Translations under genes and position numbers: made by a program
Notes under the pieces: model-generated
What the model saw: only the letters and a program-made list of their open reading frames with translations
What the model was told of the DNA's origin: nothing
Database searches by the model: none
Shown here: in pieces, positions 37,182-51,345 of the stretch
Layout: each line of letters opens with the position of its first letter
Position numbering within the stretch: the first letter of the stretch is position 1
Source: Lama glama
Taxonomy: Eukaryota
DNA length: 64,000 bases
Assembly: GCA_028534125.1 (NCBI GenBank)
Contig: CM052817.1
Span: 23,314,001-23,378,000, forward strand
Reading direction: 5' to 3'

Positions 37182-37665
37182 TGTGTTTCTTATTGTGACA
37201 AATTACCATAAATTGAATGGCTTGAAACAATACCAATGAATTGTCTTACATTTATAAAGATAAGAATTCCTAAATGAGTCACATTGAGCTAGAGTCAAGA
37301 TATTGGCACATCTACATTCTTTCTAGAGTCTCTGTAGGAGAATTTGTTTCCTTGTGTTTTCCAGCCTCTAGAGGTCACCTATATTCTTTGGTGCATGGTT
37401 TCATTCCTCTGTCTTCAGTGCTGCCAGTGTCATTCTTTCTCATACTGCCATTTCTCTGGTTCTTTTTTCTCCTTTAATGTAATCACACATGTGATTGCAT
37501 TAGCCCCACTGGGATAATATAGGATAATTTCTTTATTTTGAAGTCAGTCTGTTGGCAACCTTAATTCCATCTGCATCTTTAATTTCCTCCTTTGCCATGT
37601 AACTTAATATATTCACAAGGAATTAAAACAGAAATCTTTGGGAGGGTCATTATTTTGTCTACCAT
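37182..37665 (-). mobile_element. MLT1D-like MaLR solo LTR
   Basis: tgtgacaaattaccataaa...ttttccagcctctagagg...accttaattccatctgca...ttgccatgtaac. Confidence 0.8.
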
Positions 37666-37689
37666 ACTATGATACTATGTAATTAACTT

Positions 37690-38828
37690 AAAAGGGAGAC
37701 AGACCAGGTAAGGAGGAGTTTTGTAGATTATGATAAGAATTTAGACTGTATTTAAATGAAAACAAATCAAAGAATTTAAGTAAGAGGAACATCAGCAATT
37801 CAATTTGTCTTTTTGAAAGATTGCTTCTATGCAGTGTACAGAATTAATAAAAGACATTAAGAGTGAATTTGCTGATGAATTTCATGAAAGATGAGAGAAA
37901 AAGAAAAGTTAACAGAGTATGGATCCTAAGGTATTTAAATCAAATTTTAGACTCTCACTTAACTAGCTGTGTGACCTTGGAAAATTTTGTCTCAGTTTCC
38001 TTTTATGTAAATTGAAGGTAATTGTAGTACCAAACTTTTAGTGTTGGTTCATGAATCCCTTAATAAATGTTAGTTTTACTAATCATTGTTTTGGAGGTAG
38101 AACTCACTGAATGACAGAATGTGAATTTAAAACAATATTGATAATGACTTCCAAGTTTCTGAAAATCATGGCTTTATCTTAAACGACAAAGACTGAAGTT
38201 GGAGCATGTATGATTAAGAATTTGCTTTTTTATTTGATGAATACACAATGCTTGAGGGAAATCCAACTACAAATACATACATGTAGCTTCTATTGCTCAA
38301 ATGCAGATTTGGAATTGAGAGGCAAATCAGCATATCTTGGCTTATGCCAATTCTGTCTTTCTTCATATGGTAGATGCTATAGTTCATAATATGCACCCAA
38401 TTACTTTTTGTACCACTCAGAAGAAAAAAATAAATAAAAATTGCCAGTAGAAATATGACATTCAGTCAATCTAAAAGTGAATTACCTTTTTGATGTTAAA
38501 AAATGAAAGAAATTTACAGCTCAATATAATAGAGTTGACTACTATTGACAACTTGTGAGGAGATTAAATCATCTAAGTAAGCAGTGCAGAGTGAAAAATG
38601 TAGGTCTTGGGGAAATATGACATGTAAGAGTAGAGGCTGAGGAATGAGAGATAAAGAAATAGAAATGATGGTATAGTCAATTCCTCTTTGAAGCTTAGCT
38701 GTCAGTGGGAGGGAGCTGGAAGACAACATGGTGTCTGATGGATCTTCTTTTTCTTTCTTTTTCTTTAAAATGTGGGCATAAGAAGCCCATGTTTGAATAT
38801 TGAAGATTGACTGAAAGGACTAGGAGGG
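37690..38828 (-). mobile_element. L2 fragment(s), left part, interrupted by a MIR and the EEF1A1 retrocopy
   Basis: Purine-rich L2-like sequence (gataatgacttccaagtttctg; agcccatgtttgaatattgaaga...aaggactagga) that resumes at 42340. Confidence 0.55.
37915..38080 (+). mobile_element. MIR SINE
   Basis: cacttaactagctgtgtgaccttggaaaa...ctcagtttcctt...tgtaaattg. Confidence 0.75.
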
Positions 38829-41800
38829 CTTTTTCACAAAGGGTTTACCATCAGGACACAGGGGTCATGAAAACCATTGTGAAATCTAAGGCAAAATGGG
38901 AAAGGAAAAGAATCATATCAACACTGTCATCGCTGGACATGTAGACTCAGGCAGGTCTAAACCACTACTGGCCATCTGCTCTGCAAATGTGGTGGGAGAA
39001 ACAAAAGAACCATCAAAAATTTTGAGAAGGAGGCTGCTGAGATGGGAAAGAGCTCCTTCAAATATGCCTGGGTCTTGGATAAATTGAAAGCTGGAGGTGA
39101 GCTTGGTATCACCATTGATATCCCCTTGTGGAAATTCTAGTAAGTATTATGTGACAGTCACTGGTGACTCAGGACACAGAGACTTTATCAAGAATGTAAT
39201 TACAGGCACATCTCAGACTGACTGTGCACTCTCCTGATTGTTGCTAATGGTGTTGGCGAATTTGAAGTAGGTATCTCTAAGAATGGGCAGAGCTGTGAGC
39301 ATGCCCTTCTTGCTTACACACTGGTTGTGAAACAACTAATTACTGATGTTAACAAGATGGATCCATTGAGCCACCCTGTAGCCAGAAGAAATACAAGGAA
39401 ATCTTTAAGGAAGTCAACATCTACATTAAGAAAATTGGCTACAACCCCAGCACAGTAGTATTTGTGCTAATTTCTAGTTATAATGATGGCAACACATGGG
39501 AACCAAGTGCTTGGAACCAAGTTCTCCTTAATTTAAGGGATAAAAAGTCACCCATAAGGATGGCAATGTCTGTGGAACCATACTGCTTGAAGCTCTGGAT
39601 TGCATTCTTCCACCAACTTGTCTGATTGTCAAGCCCTTATGTCTGCCCTTCTAAGCCATCTATAACATTAGGGGTATTGGCACTGCCCATGTGGAATGAG
39701 CAGAGACTGGTGTTCTCAAACCCAGCAAGTTGGTCATCTTTGCTCCAGTCAGTGTTACAATTGAAGTAAAGTCTATTGAACTGTACCGTGAATCTTTGAG
39801 TGACACTCTTCCTGGGGAGAACATGGGCTTCAATGTCAAGAAAGTGTCTGTCAAAGATGTCCATTGTGGCAGTGTGTCTTGTGACAGCAAAAATGACCCA
39901 CCAGTGGATGCAGCTGGTTTCATGGCTCAGGTGACTATCTTGAAAAATCCAGGCCAAATCAGTGCTCGATATTCATCTGTTGGATTGTCATATATACCTT
40001 AAATTGCTTGCAAGTTTGCTGAGCTAAAGGAAAAACTTAATTGTTGTTCTGAGAAAAAGCTGAAAGATGGCCCCAGATTCTTGAAATCTGGTGATTCTGC
40101 CACCATTGATATGATTCTTGACAAGCTCATGTGTGTTGAGTTTCTTTGACTGTCCTCAATGCCACTTTCCTGTTTGTGACATGAGACACGGTTGTTGTGG
40201 GTGTCATCAAAGCAGGAGACAAGAAGGCAGCTAGACTTGGTAAAGTCACCAAGTCTGCCCAGAAATCTCAGAAAGCTAGACAAATATCATCCTCAATACC
40301 TATCACCTGTCTTAATCAGTGGCAGAACAATCTCAGAACTGTTTGTCTCAGTTGGCCTCTTAAATTTAATAGTAAGACTGATTAATGATAAAAATGAATA
40401 GTAAAATCTTCAGAAGGAAAGAACCATTTGGACCATTTGTGTGTGTGTGTGTGTGTAATTTATTAGTTTCTTAAATTTTACATTTTAGTAGAAACAACTT
40501 GACCAAAAATCTGTCACAGAATTTTGAGACCCATTAAAACAAATTTTGTTCTGGTTGTTGTTGTGTGTTCTTTTTATTTAAGTATAGTCAGTTGCAGTGT
40601 GTCAATTTCTGGTGTACAGCATAATGTTTCAGTAATACATATACATATATTCATTTTCACATTATTTTTCAGTATAGATTACTATAAGATATTGAATATA
40701 ATTCCTTGTGCTATACAGAAGAAATTTGTTTTTTTAATCCATTTTATATATAGTAGTTAATATTAGCAGTTTTAAGACTCCCAGTTTATCCCTTCCCACC
40801 CTGTTTTCCCCCAGTAACCATAGGTTTGTTTACTATGTCTGAGTCTGTTTCTGTTTTGTAGGTAAGTTTGTTGGTATCTTCTTTTTTCTTTTTTTTTTCG
40901 TTTAAGATTCCACATATGATTGATATCGTATGGTATCTTTTCTTTCTCTTTCTGGCTTACTTAGAATGACAATCGCCAGTTCCATCCACGTTGCTACAAA
41001 TGACAGTATGTCATTCTTTTTTATGGCTGAATTGTATTCCTTTATATAAATGTACCACAGTTTCTTTAATCCAGTTCTCTGTTGATGGGCATTTAAGCTG
41101 TTTTCATGTCTTGACTACTGTATATAGTGCTTCTGTGAACATTGGGGTGCATGTATCTTTTCAAATTAGAGTTCCCTCCAGATATACACCAGGAGTGGAA
41201 TTGCTGAAATCATATGGTAAGTCTATAGTTTTTTGAGGAATTTCCATATTATTTTCCATAATGGCTGCACCAAACTGCATTCCCACCAACAATGTAGGAG
41301 GATTCCTTTTTCTTCACACCCTCTCCAGCAATTATCATTTGTGGACTTTTTAATTATGCCCATTCTGACTGCTGTTAGGTGATACCTCATTGTGGTTCTG
41401 ATATGCATTTCTCTGATAATTAGCGATACTGAGCATTTTTTCACCTGCCTATTGGCCACTTATATGTCTTCACTGGAGAATTGCTTGTTTAGGTCTTCCA
41501 CCTATTTTTGGATTTTTTTTTAATTAAGTTTTATGAGCTGTTAATATATTCTGGAAATTAAATCTTTGTCAGTCACATCATTTGCAAATATTTTCTCTCA
41601 TTCCTTAGATTGTTGTTTTGTTTCACTTATGGTTTACTTTGCTGTGCAAAGCTTATAAGTTTAATTAGATCCCATTTGTTAATTTTTGCTTTTACTTCTA
41701 TTGCCTGAGTAGACTGCCCTAGGAGAACATTGCTAATATTTATGTCCAAAAATGCATTAAAACAAATTTTAATGAAGAACCTGTGTCTTCTTTTGGTTAA

Positions 41801-42339
41801 CATTGTGACTTCCTGTGGTCCTACTTAGGTAAAAGACTTCACTGATAGGTTTCTCCAAACCTATTTCTGGTGTTCCATCTTCTATAACTTCAGAATTTGC
41901 TAATTTTGGGTTATGAATTTTTTCTGCATGGGAATTTTGATTTTTTCACCTTGTCTTTAGAAGGAATCACCTATTTAAGTACCTAGTGAAAAGCTATGGG
42001 AGGGGTCTGCTGACACAACACTTCATAGGGTTAGGACAGATAAGCAAAGAGTAACTTTGTTTATATGTAAGCTAACTTATAAGAAGGCCAAGTTCTGAAT
42101 TATTAAAGTCCATGTGATGCATTTAAGCTTATGTATAATTACATCAAATTGAGTAGACTTGTTGGTATAATGTCAAATTTTAGTCTCCCAGTTATTGGAA
42201 TGTGCATTCTCACATTTACAAGTATTGGTGTAGTTTAAAGAACGAAAATGTGAGGCTTCAATAGTGTTGCGTGCTGCCGTGCTAGAGTTAATTGTATCCA
42301 GATTCCAGAAAAGAAAAGGTACTGGAATTGGGGGGGGGT
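38829..42339 (+). pseudogene. EEF1A1: Processed pseudogene of eukaryotic elongation factor 1-alpha 1 (CDS-equivalent 38896-40283), interrupted by an L1
   Basis: Intronless. The 5'UTR starts at the TOP motif ctttttcacaaagggttt. Peptides [50 protein letters not shown] and KVTKSAQKSQKA. EEF1A1-type 3'UTR (gaaacaacttgaccaaaaat...gagacccattaaa). Frameshifts (e.g. +2 near 38959, deletion near 39138), premature stops, and a lost terminal stop (CAA at 40281-40283). The right boundary rests on a candidate TSD. Confidence 0.97.
40548..41754 (-). mobile_element. 5'-truncated L1 inserted in the EEF1A1 retrocopy 3'UTR
   Basis: ORF2 C-terminal peptide [46 protein letters not shown]. Perfect 16-bp TSD cattaaaacaaatttt (40532-40547 / 41755-41770) at a TT/AAAA endonuclease site. 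Confidence 0.96.
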
Positions 42340-42700
42340 GACTAGGAGAGAGGAAAAAGTGAAATATATAAAAGAACAAGGAATAATAAAAAATATCCTG
42401 TAGAAAGCAAGTTATATGGTAAGAAGAGGATGGGTTCCAGGACACACATGGAGTAGATTTCTCCTGACTGGTAGAGAGGCAGTTCTGCCACTGTAACAGG
42501 GGGGAAGGAGGAGGAGCTGCAGAGATGCTGGCGAGAGCTGCAGCAGCAGGGTGGGGGAGTTCCACTGGGTGGCTTGAAATCAGTCAGTGAAAGATGAGGC
42601 AAGGTCATCCACTGAGAGTAGTGGGGCAGAGATGAGGTTGACGGTTTCCATGAGAGGGTGTGTAAGAAAATCCTTGTAGCAAAGAGTGACTGAATGAATT
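42340..42700 (-). mobile_element. L2 fragment, right part, continuing from 38828
   Basis: ggatgggttccaggacacacatggag...ctgtaacaggggggaaggaggag matches the L2 segment expected to follow the left flank. Confidence 0.55.
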
Positions 42701-45700
42701 CAGTAAGAGAAAGGTACTCATATGGACAAGTGTACCTGGAAATTTCATTAAATATAGTGATGGGTTACTATTAGGTTAGTAAAAAGATTACTATAGGGTT
42801 ATTATAAAGATTAACTGTTTGGCCTGGCATATGGTAAATGCTGCTATTATTAATATTATTGTATAATACGTTCCAGATTATAAAACATTGCTCAGTGGCA
42901 TTAAGCTACTTTAATGCAAAAGAAGAGTTGAGTTTATTTTGGGAAAAATAGCGTGGTTTTAGGGAATTTGCCTAAGAAGGAAGATGAGTCTGGATAACAG
43001 AATTCAAGCCAGGCAAAGAGAAAAACAAAAGCAAGAGTGTACGTATCACTCTGTCCATGATGATGGCCTTGAACATACTTAGGTAGTGACAGGCATCTGG
43101 CTGAAAAGGAAAACTATAAGTCATGTGCTAAAGTCATAATAAACCATGTAGTTTCCACAGGAAGTCAGTAGCTGGCAATACTGAAGCTGAATGTATAGTT
43201 TAATTACAGGAGCTTCAAAAGAGTGGAGCGTTTAATAAGCTGGAGGAGTAATAGCCATTAGGCAGAAGCATAAGTACTGTGACATAATAGCTCATTTGGA
43301 TTGCAGGACCCATGAGAAGGAGGGAAAGGGGTTAGAAGGAGCACTTCATGTCTATGGATAGTGTCATGTCATGTTTATCCCTTTAAGCAACAAACACGTT
43401 TAAGCAATATGCTGATTAATGAACTAGTTGTAGGAATGATATGAAGGGTAGAAATGGCAAGTCATCTGTCATGCTAATGGGCAAAGCAGGATAGAAAAAT
43501 GGCCATATCAGGCATGAAGGAGATGCTCCATATTTTATGAGGCTACATAAAGGAAGATCTTGAGTCTCTTTGAGACTTAAGGGCACAGTAGATGTCAGCC
43601 AAGCATAGACTTGAGGAATAATGTCTTAGGCAGAGGGAGATGGCTATGAACAGAACAGAATGCAACTTGTTGATAAAATCAAAAGACATTTTGAGCAAAG
43701 TGTTGTGAAAGAGAGGAATGAGTATTGGAAGATGAGGCTGGTGATGTGGGCAGGGGTGAAATGACATAAAGTACTACAGGTTTGGTAAGAAGTTTGCTTT
43801 TAAACTAAAACCAATAAGAAGTGTATTATATAACACATGGAAGATATATAAACAACAACAAAAAAAAGTCACACTTACTGTGTTATGGAGAGTACCCTGG
43901 GTGCCGATGATGCAAACACACTATGGAAATACAGTGAGAGAAGGGGGAGAGAGCAAGAGAAGAGAATGAAGTGGCTCGTGTGTGTGCGTCTGTGTGCATA
44001 TGTGTGTGGTGTGTAAATATGTATGAGCTCACACATGGGAAATCTCTCTGTCTCTTTCCGTCTCTGTCTCTGTCTCTCTCATACATACAATATAAGCAGC
44101 AAGATGGTGATGAATTAGAAAGGGGAGTCTAGGTTTTAATGGATAAATTAGATATTGCAGGTATTACCTGTAACTGTAAGTGCAAAAATATTATATTTAT
44201 CCATAATAAGTAAAATAAAATTCAAATTAATCAATGAAAGAATGTTTAAGTCTTTTTGAAAATATAAAGGGCAGCTCTACACACTTTGATATTAAAATCT
44301 AAGAAAAATTCCACCACAAGTAGGTGAAAAAATTGGCCATTCATACGAAAGAACTGAAAATGAAGCAGCTGTTAAGTTAAACTTTATAGAGACGCTGGTC
44401 AGTTGCCATTGAAAAAATAAACGATATAACTTAGTCAAGAGGGGCCTTTAAAGAACACAGCTTTGTTAAAACATGATTGCTCTTCCAAACCTCTCTTTAT
44501 TGGAAGGTTTTAATACATTTCTCTATACCTTTTAGTTTACTGAAATATTTATTGACTAAAATGCCCATAGAGATAACTTTCTTCTTCTCACTTCAGCCCT
44601 GCCTCCATCATGAGGTACTTCACTTCCAAAATGCATTATGACACTTGTGTCCCAGACTCTCAGCCATATGTCTCACGGTTGACAGACCCTGCTCTCCATC
44701 TTTATTGTGACAACCGCTCTTGAAATCTCCTCAGGTGTACCTGTTACCCAACTTTTCAGTTTGATCTCACCCTGCATGCCAGATTTTATTCTGAACTTTT
44801 TCATCCAAATATATAAACATGGTTTTCACTGGATTGGTAGACAAATATGATTAAAACTATTTTTAGAGTACCCAAACCACATCTTTCATTGTTTATGTTT
44901 TCCATTCAGATTTTGAACTGATGCCAAGAATCAAAGATTTAGTTGATACGAATATTTTCATAAAATGTCAACAATGTAAGATTCCAGCCTTCACCTACTT
45001 CAGTGTTTTTCTGTAAACCGGTCAGTCAGAATTCAAATAAAAGTAATTGATTTTCAAAGTTTGAGATTATATTAATCATACTTTTTTTGGTCACATTTCT
45101 TGCAAACATTGCCAAATATTTCAAGCAGTGAGACAGTATCTTCATGAACTGAGTGTAAGAATCAATAGACCCCATCTTTTAAACTACACCACTTTTATGA
45201 TTACTGACAGTCAGGGGGAAAAGAGTGTCAGATTACACTCCTATCAATAACGCCAGTTTCAAACATTATATAAGCAAAAAAAAAAAAAAAAGTTGATGAA
45301 AAATCTTCTGTGTTCCCAAGAGGGAGTTTTAAAAGTTTAGAAATAATCTTTGTGATGCATGTTGATGAGTCTGATCATTTTGACATTACAGTAGAGGTTC
45401 TTGAAAATAAATGTACAAGATGTATCTATGCTTGAAAGACCCAATCCATTTATAGACTGGAACAGTCCATTTACATTTTGTTTAAAAGGTATGAAGGGGC
45501 AATTGAAACAAGTTACAATTGACAAGAGAATGGATTTATGGAGTAGTTCAGGTAGCGGGAGAAACAGGGTTTTGTCTCATTTGACCTAGTGTGAACCAAT
45601 ACTTTTCCTTTCAGAAACACTCTGATTTGAATTCTCATTAAGCTATGTAAGACATCAGACTTTCAACATAGTATGTATTCTAGAAATAAAGGCTATTAAG

Positions 45701-48700
45701 TTTTCAGCAGCCCTGGAAAGCCTATAATTTATATCTTAGATGATGAGTCTTCAGATGGCTTTAAAACTGATTACATTTACATTTTTGATTTAATCATTTC
45801 TGTTAGCATTACAAAATGATAGCACATTGTTACACACAAGCAAAGCTAATCTTTCTGACTTATGGAAAATAAAAATACTACTAGAAAGTTTCCCTGGTTT
45901 ATGTTCCCTTCTGTGCTACTGCAAAAACCTGATAGTTTATACTAATTATTTTGAAACTAGCATAATTTTTTTTTCACTCTCAAATTCAGTGCAATGACCG
46001 TGAGCTTCAGAGTTCAGCCCCACTCTCATTATGAAATTTTACTTTGAGCTAGCATTCAAAACTAGACGGAATTGAAGGTTGTGAAAGTAATTTATCATTT
46101 TGTGAGTATGGTAACTCAAACTAATGGGCTCTGACTATGAGATGCTGATTGTGTAGAACCAAAATAACAGATGTGTACTAAATTCCTATTTTTTAATATA
46201 GCTGGTATACATATTTTATGTATTTCCTAGAAAAGAAAATTCTACATGTAAACTTTCATTGTCTTTTGCTGCTTGAGATGAGAGTATAGTATGATTTTCA
46301 AGTTGAGACTACATAACTAAGACAGCACAGACGAGCTATCGTGATTTTAAAATATGTTCATAGTCGTGATAAATATTTCAGCCATAGTTAGAAAATTTGC
46401 ACTGTTGTGTTAATAAAATAATCTGGGTGAGTCAATACGGTAACCTGAGTTTTCACTTAACCAATGACTATTTTAATATTAAAAAATGTTTGATCCATCT
46501 TCACCTTTTCTGAGGTGAGAAGAAACGCAACCTACTTTTTAATGTGGTATCACCAACACAGTTGATCATTGCTCTCCTAGAATCATTTCATTATGTTGGC
46601 CCACATGTGGTCAATGCATAAGAGGTGAAAAGTGTTCATATTTTATATGAACTAGGTTAACAATTTTTGTTTAAAATACTCCTAAGGCTTCCTATCATAA
46701 TTTGAAAAAAATATTTGATATAATGTTACCACCTCCTTTAAAGCAGAGGAGCCGCCCCCCAAGCAGAAAATGTAAATTTTATAGCTTATAACCACACAGC
46801 TAATAAACAGTGTACTGTAGTTTCTATCATCTTATTAGCTACATTTATCACATTTCATGCACATAACTCTGCCTGTCCAGGTCAACTGGAGATTAAAATT
46901 TACCAGATTATGAGCATATACACTCTCTTATAATGAGTGATGGATTAACCAATCACTAAGTACAAATGTATCCATTTCAAACTGAATATATTCAGTTGAG
47001 GAGATACAGACTAGATAGGAGGTCAGAGTTAATGCCTCTGTTTCTCTTCCTTTAAGAACACATTTGGACTGGGAGTAAGGTGCTTCCCAACATAAATGAA
47101 CTGTGTAATGAATTTCACCTGGACAGTTTTTTTTTAAATAAACATTGTATTTCATGTTTATAAACATTTTAATATTTATTTATAAGTGAAAACAACTCAG
47201 GAAAAATGTTAGTCTCAGCAGAATGTATTTTTTTTTTAAAGTAACCTGAATTTTCGTGGTTGTCATGCTCATCTTGCTAATTTGTAAGTATAATAGAAGT
47301 AGTAACCCCATTTTGAAAAAAAAAAAAAGCAATAACTATAATTTTATACTCTCTGTTCAGCATAAATATAGTAAACTGAGTGCCATATGGCTCGTCATTA
47401 TAAAAGTTAGTATTTCCACTTGCTTTGTAAATCTCTTCAATTTTATGGAGCATAGAAAGAAAACTAATTGCTAAGTGAGGTCATAGCATTCTCTCTCTGA
47501 AGCACTAAACATTCATAAGCTCACTATAAATTTTTTCAGGAGAAAAGTAAATTATATTTGGAAATGAAAACTATTATGATGTAATTATTATGTATTTCCC
47601 CAGCCTTTTATGAGATGTATGTTTACTGGGCAACTATCGAGCACCTTTTTAGCCAAATAAAATGAATTTATGAAAAATACAATAATGAGCTTTTTTAGTA
47701 GTCCAATGTAAATTAGTTTTCACATGAACAAGGACTTTCACAGAAACAGAATTAAACACTTTAAAAAACTGATATAACATGACTTAGTTATGCAAGCGTT
47801 ATATTTTATCTTTTTATTAAATCAGCAATTAGTTTTAATCTTACAAATTATATTTCTTTTGCAAGATTATTTTTATTTGCTAATTTTATCAGTGTGCACA
47901 GATGCACTGTATAATGAAGAAAATAACATCACAGACAGTTTTGACTTACGACAGTAGAAACTGCTTCCATTGCTTGCAAACTGTTATTAACGTGATTCTG
48001 GTTCTAGGTATAGTCATAATATTAAATCAAAATATTTGAGGAAATGATTTCATGGTCTTTGTATTATTATTTTAAAGATAAATATGTACTTAGGTAGTAC
48101 ATCATTAACATACATCATGAACATAAATGAAAATAAAAACCATATACACACTAATATTAGGTTAATACTAGATTTTAGATTAACTAGTAGCATATATGGA
48201 AAATTAATTTTTTCTCTATACTATTTTAAAATATGACACTCAGATACAGTAATTCTCTTTGTTTTTTTAGTTTACATAAAGGTTATTATGTTTTGCTTTT
48301 AATCATATTGTTGGTATAAAATATAAATATATACACAAAGATCTAAACAGTATAAAAATTACATAGAAGTAAAATTATGCATCTTAAATACAAATGTTGT
48401 GATAACTTAGTCCTCAGTGTATAGTCATCAACAAGATAATTGCTAAAGAACTTTCACTCATTCTGTAAATTGATTTCTATTTCTAATTACAAAATACTGA
48501 ATGTTTTCTGTACTAGTGTTTTCTGTGTTTTCTAGTGTTTTCTGTACTCTACTGTAAATACTACAATTAGCATTGGGATGATTTTTTTATATCATATTCC
48601 ATTATTTCTGAAGCTATACTATGTAAATTATTATAAACAAGGAAAATCCACGTGATTGTTAGAGGGTGCAGACAAGGATGTTCTGATGCTGGTGCATTTG

Positions 48701-50845
48701 GTGATATTATTAATTATTCTGAGAGTTTCAGGAATAAATAAATTCATTGTGAGCATGTCTTCCTTCAAACAAAAGTAAGGCATATCATGTCCCTCCTCAT
48801 TCGTGGGATTAAACCATATACATATATTTTCTAGTAATGTCTTCTTCAAAGTTTGCTCATAATATAAACTTTAACATTCCAAATTTCTCTTATCCCATAA
48901 ATTTCATTTGAGAATGAAAGTTTGTGGAAGAAGCATTTAGAAAGTAGTCATATATTATAGCAAATACTGAAATGCAGTTTTTCAACAGTGCTATATTTAC
49001 AGATACGGCCACCCACTCAAATATGCGTGCAATAACCAATAACTGAGTGTTTGCTGTATCCTGGAAAAAGACTCAGGATGCACAAGGGTCAACAGAGGAC
49101 AGAAGAGGTTATGGTCCCTGCTTGTATGAGGATTGCAATTCAGTGTAATCATCAAATAATCCTAAAAAGAAAAAAGAAATCAATCAATTCATTGGTAAAA
49201 CTGTCAGATTGGAAAGATAAACAGCACTAAGAGAAGCTAAAAGCGAATATGAAAATTTGTGGTTGGAAGCCTGATTCAGACGCTCCACATTTTATCTTCT
49301 CACTGTTTTGAATAGTCTACACTGGGTTGCTTGATTCATGATCTTAGCAGGACCTGTTTTCCAATCTGACATACTAGTTTGCTTTAAAATGACAAAATAT
49401 TTATACATGCATTGTCTCATAAGTATTGCCCCTGTACTAAGAATTTCTGCATCATCGCTGTGGAGCAATGAGAAAAATGTGTGGGTATAAGGACTGTACA
49501 TTTTAGACCACTTATAATTGCTCACATTATATCCCTTTAGACCCATACCTTGAACTCCAAAAGGCACCAAAAATTGTTTTTTGACATTAAAAATATATTC
49601 AAATGCAGTTTATAAACCTAATGGAAATGAGTTAGAATAGGATTTAGTAAGACAGAAATAATAAATTATTTACACTCTAGAATCATACCTCTTAGAACCC
49701 TGAAACCACCCCTACGTGACTCACAGGATCCTGAAAAATGCATTTCTGCCAACTAATATAGATTTAAACTAGTTCATCATTTTGCTTACATTACATGTTT
49801 TAGTGCTTATCTATATACTGTTATCAGAAAAATTTGAAAATCATTTTTGTAAGTTGCTATTGTTTTGACTTTGTGATTAAAAACTGGAATTAAATAAATG
49901 TTTCATTATTTGATAATCATATGGAATATTTTAACTTTCCTTTGAAAGATGGATTAAATACTTAATAAAGTTAGAATATTATAGTGAGAATATAGTGAAT
50001 GACAAATGCTCAGTGTATAACAGAAAAAAATTTGGTAGTTTTAAATGTAATTTTTATTTTCCAAAAACCTAAAAATGTAATTTAATAATTTAGTACATAA
50101 TTTAAGTCCTAGAAATTAGAACACTCAGAGATATGAAATCAGATCTTAATATTGTCTTCACAAGTTCCTATCCACATAGAATTTAAATATTTGCTACTTT
50201 TTATTCATCTATAATGTATAAACCATGTATATTTTCTAGAAACACAGGTTAAATATGTTTATGGAACAAAATATTGAGTATTAATAAGTATGGCAAATTA
50301 CAGGTTGATATTTTCACTTATTTTGTGTAACTTTTTGTATTTTATTTTAATGCAAAGTGTAAAAGATTTTAGATACTGGAAAATAACTTTAGTTAATGTA
50401 ATTGATTTCATCACTTAAGACTCACTTTGAAAAACTATGTCTGAATTAATGAAAATTACTTATTTATAATGTCTATAAATGTACACAATATTTTTGGAAA
50501 ATAAATATATATCAAAAACTCTTATGCTATTTATAACTCTACATTATAACTCTACATTATATACACTTATAGAGGTAGAACAATGTTTGAACATGCTTGT
50601 TCCACCAAAGCCTTGTTAAAAGAATTGGATAAATTGATATGAAATATCATATTTAATTTTCATTTCCTTTAACACACTTTAATATTTGATACCCTTAGTA
50701 TCTGTTCTCTGAATTTTGAATTTTCTACTAGTGTTTCACAGGTATTTATGGTGTATTATATGTGTTATGATAACTAGAATTATATATAGTATATTTAATA
50801 CTTCAAAATTAAACATATCAATATATTTTAATAATTACAGGTCTT

Positions 50846-51345
50846 NNNNNNNNNNNNNNNNNNNNNNNNNNNNNNNNNNNNNNNNNNNNNNNNNNNNNNN
50901 NNNNNNNNNNNNNNNNNNNNNNNNNNNNNNNNNNNNNNNNNNNNNNNNNNNNNNNNNNNNNNNNNNNNNNNNNNNNNNNNNNNNNNNNNNNNNNNNNNNN
51001 NNNNNNNNNNNNNNNNNNNNNNNNNNNNNNNNNNNNNNNNNNNNNNNNNNNNNNNNNNNNNNNNNNNNNNNNNNNNNNNNNNNNNNNNNNNNNNNNNNNN
51101 NNNNNNNNNNNNNNNNNNNNNNNNNNNNNNNNNNNNNNNNNNNNNNNNNNNNNNNNNNNNNNNNNNNNNNNNNNNNNNNNNNNNNNNNNNNNNNNNNNNN
51201 NNNNNNNNNNNNNNNNNNNNNNNNNNNNNNNNNNNNNNNNNNNNNNNNNNNNNNNNNNNNNNNNNNNNNNNNNNNNNNNNNNNNNNNNNNNNNNNNNNNN
51301 NNNNNNNNNNNNNNNNNNNNNNNNNNNNNNNNNNNNNNNNNNNNN
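50846..51345. other. Assembly gap (500 N)
   Basis: Run of N. Confidence 1.

Noticed and set aside
38896..40283. Functional EEF1A1 gene or retrogene
   Set aside because: It has a frameshift within the first ~22 codons, further indels and stops, a lost terminal stop codon and no introns.
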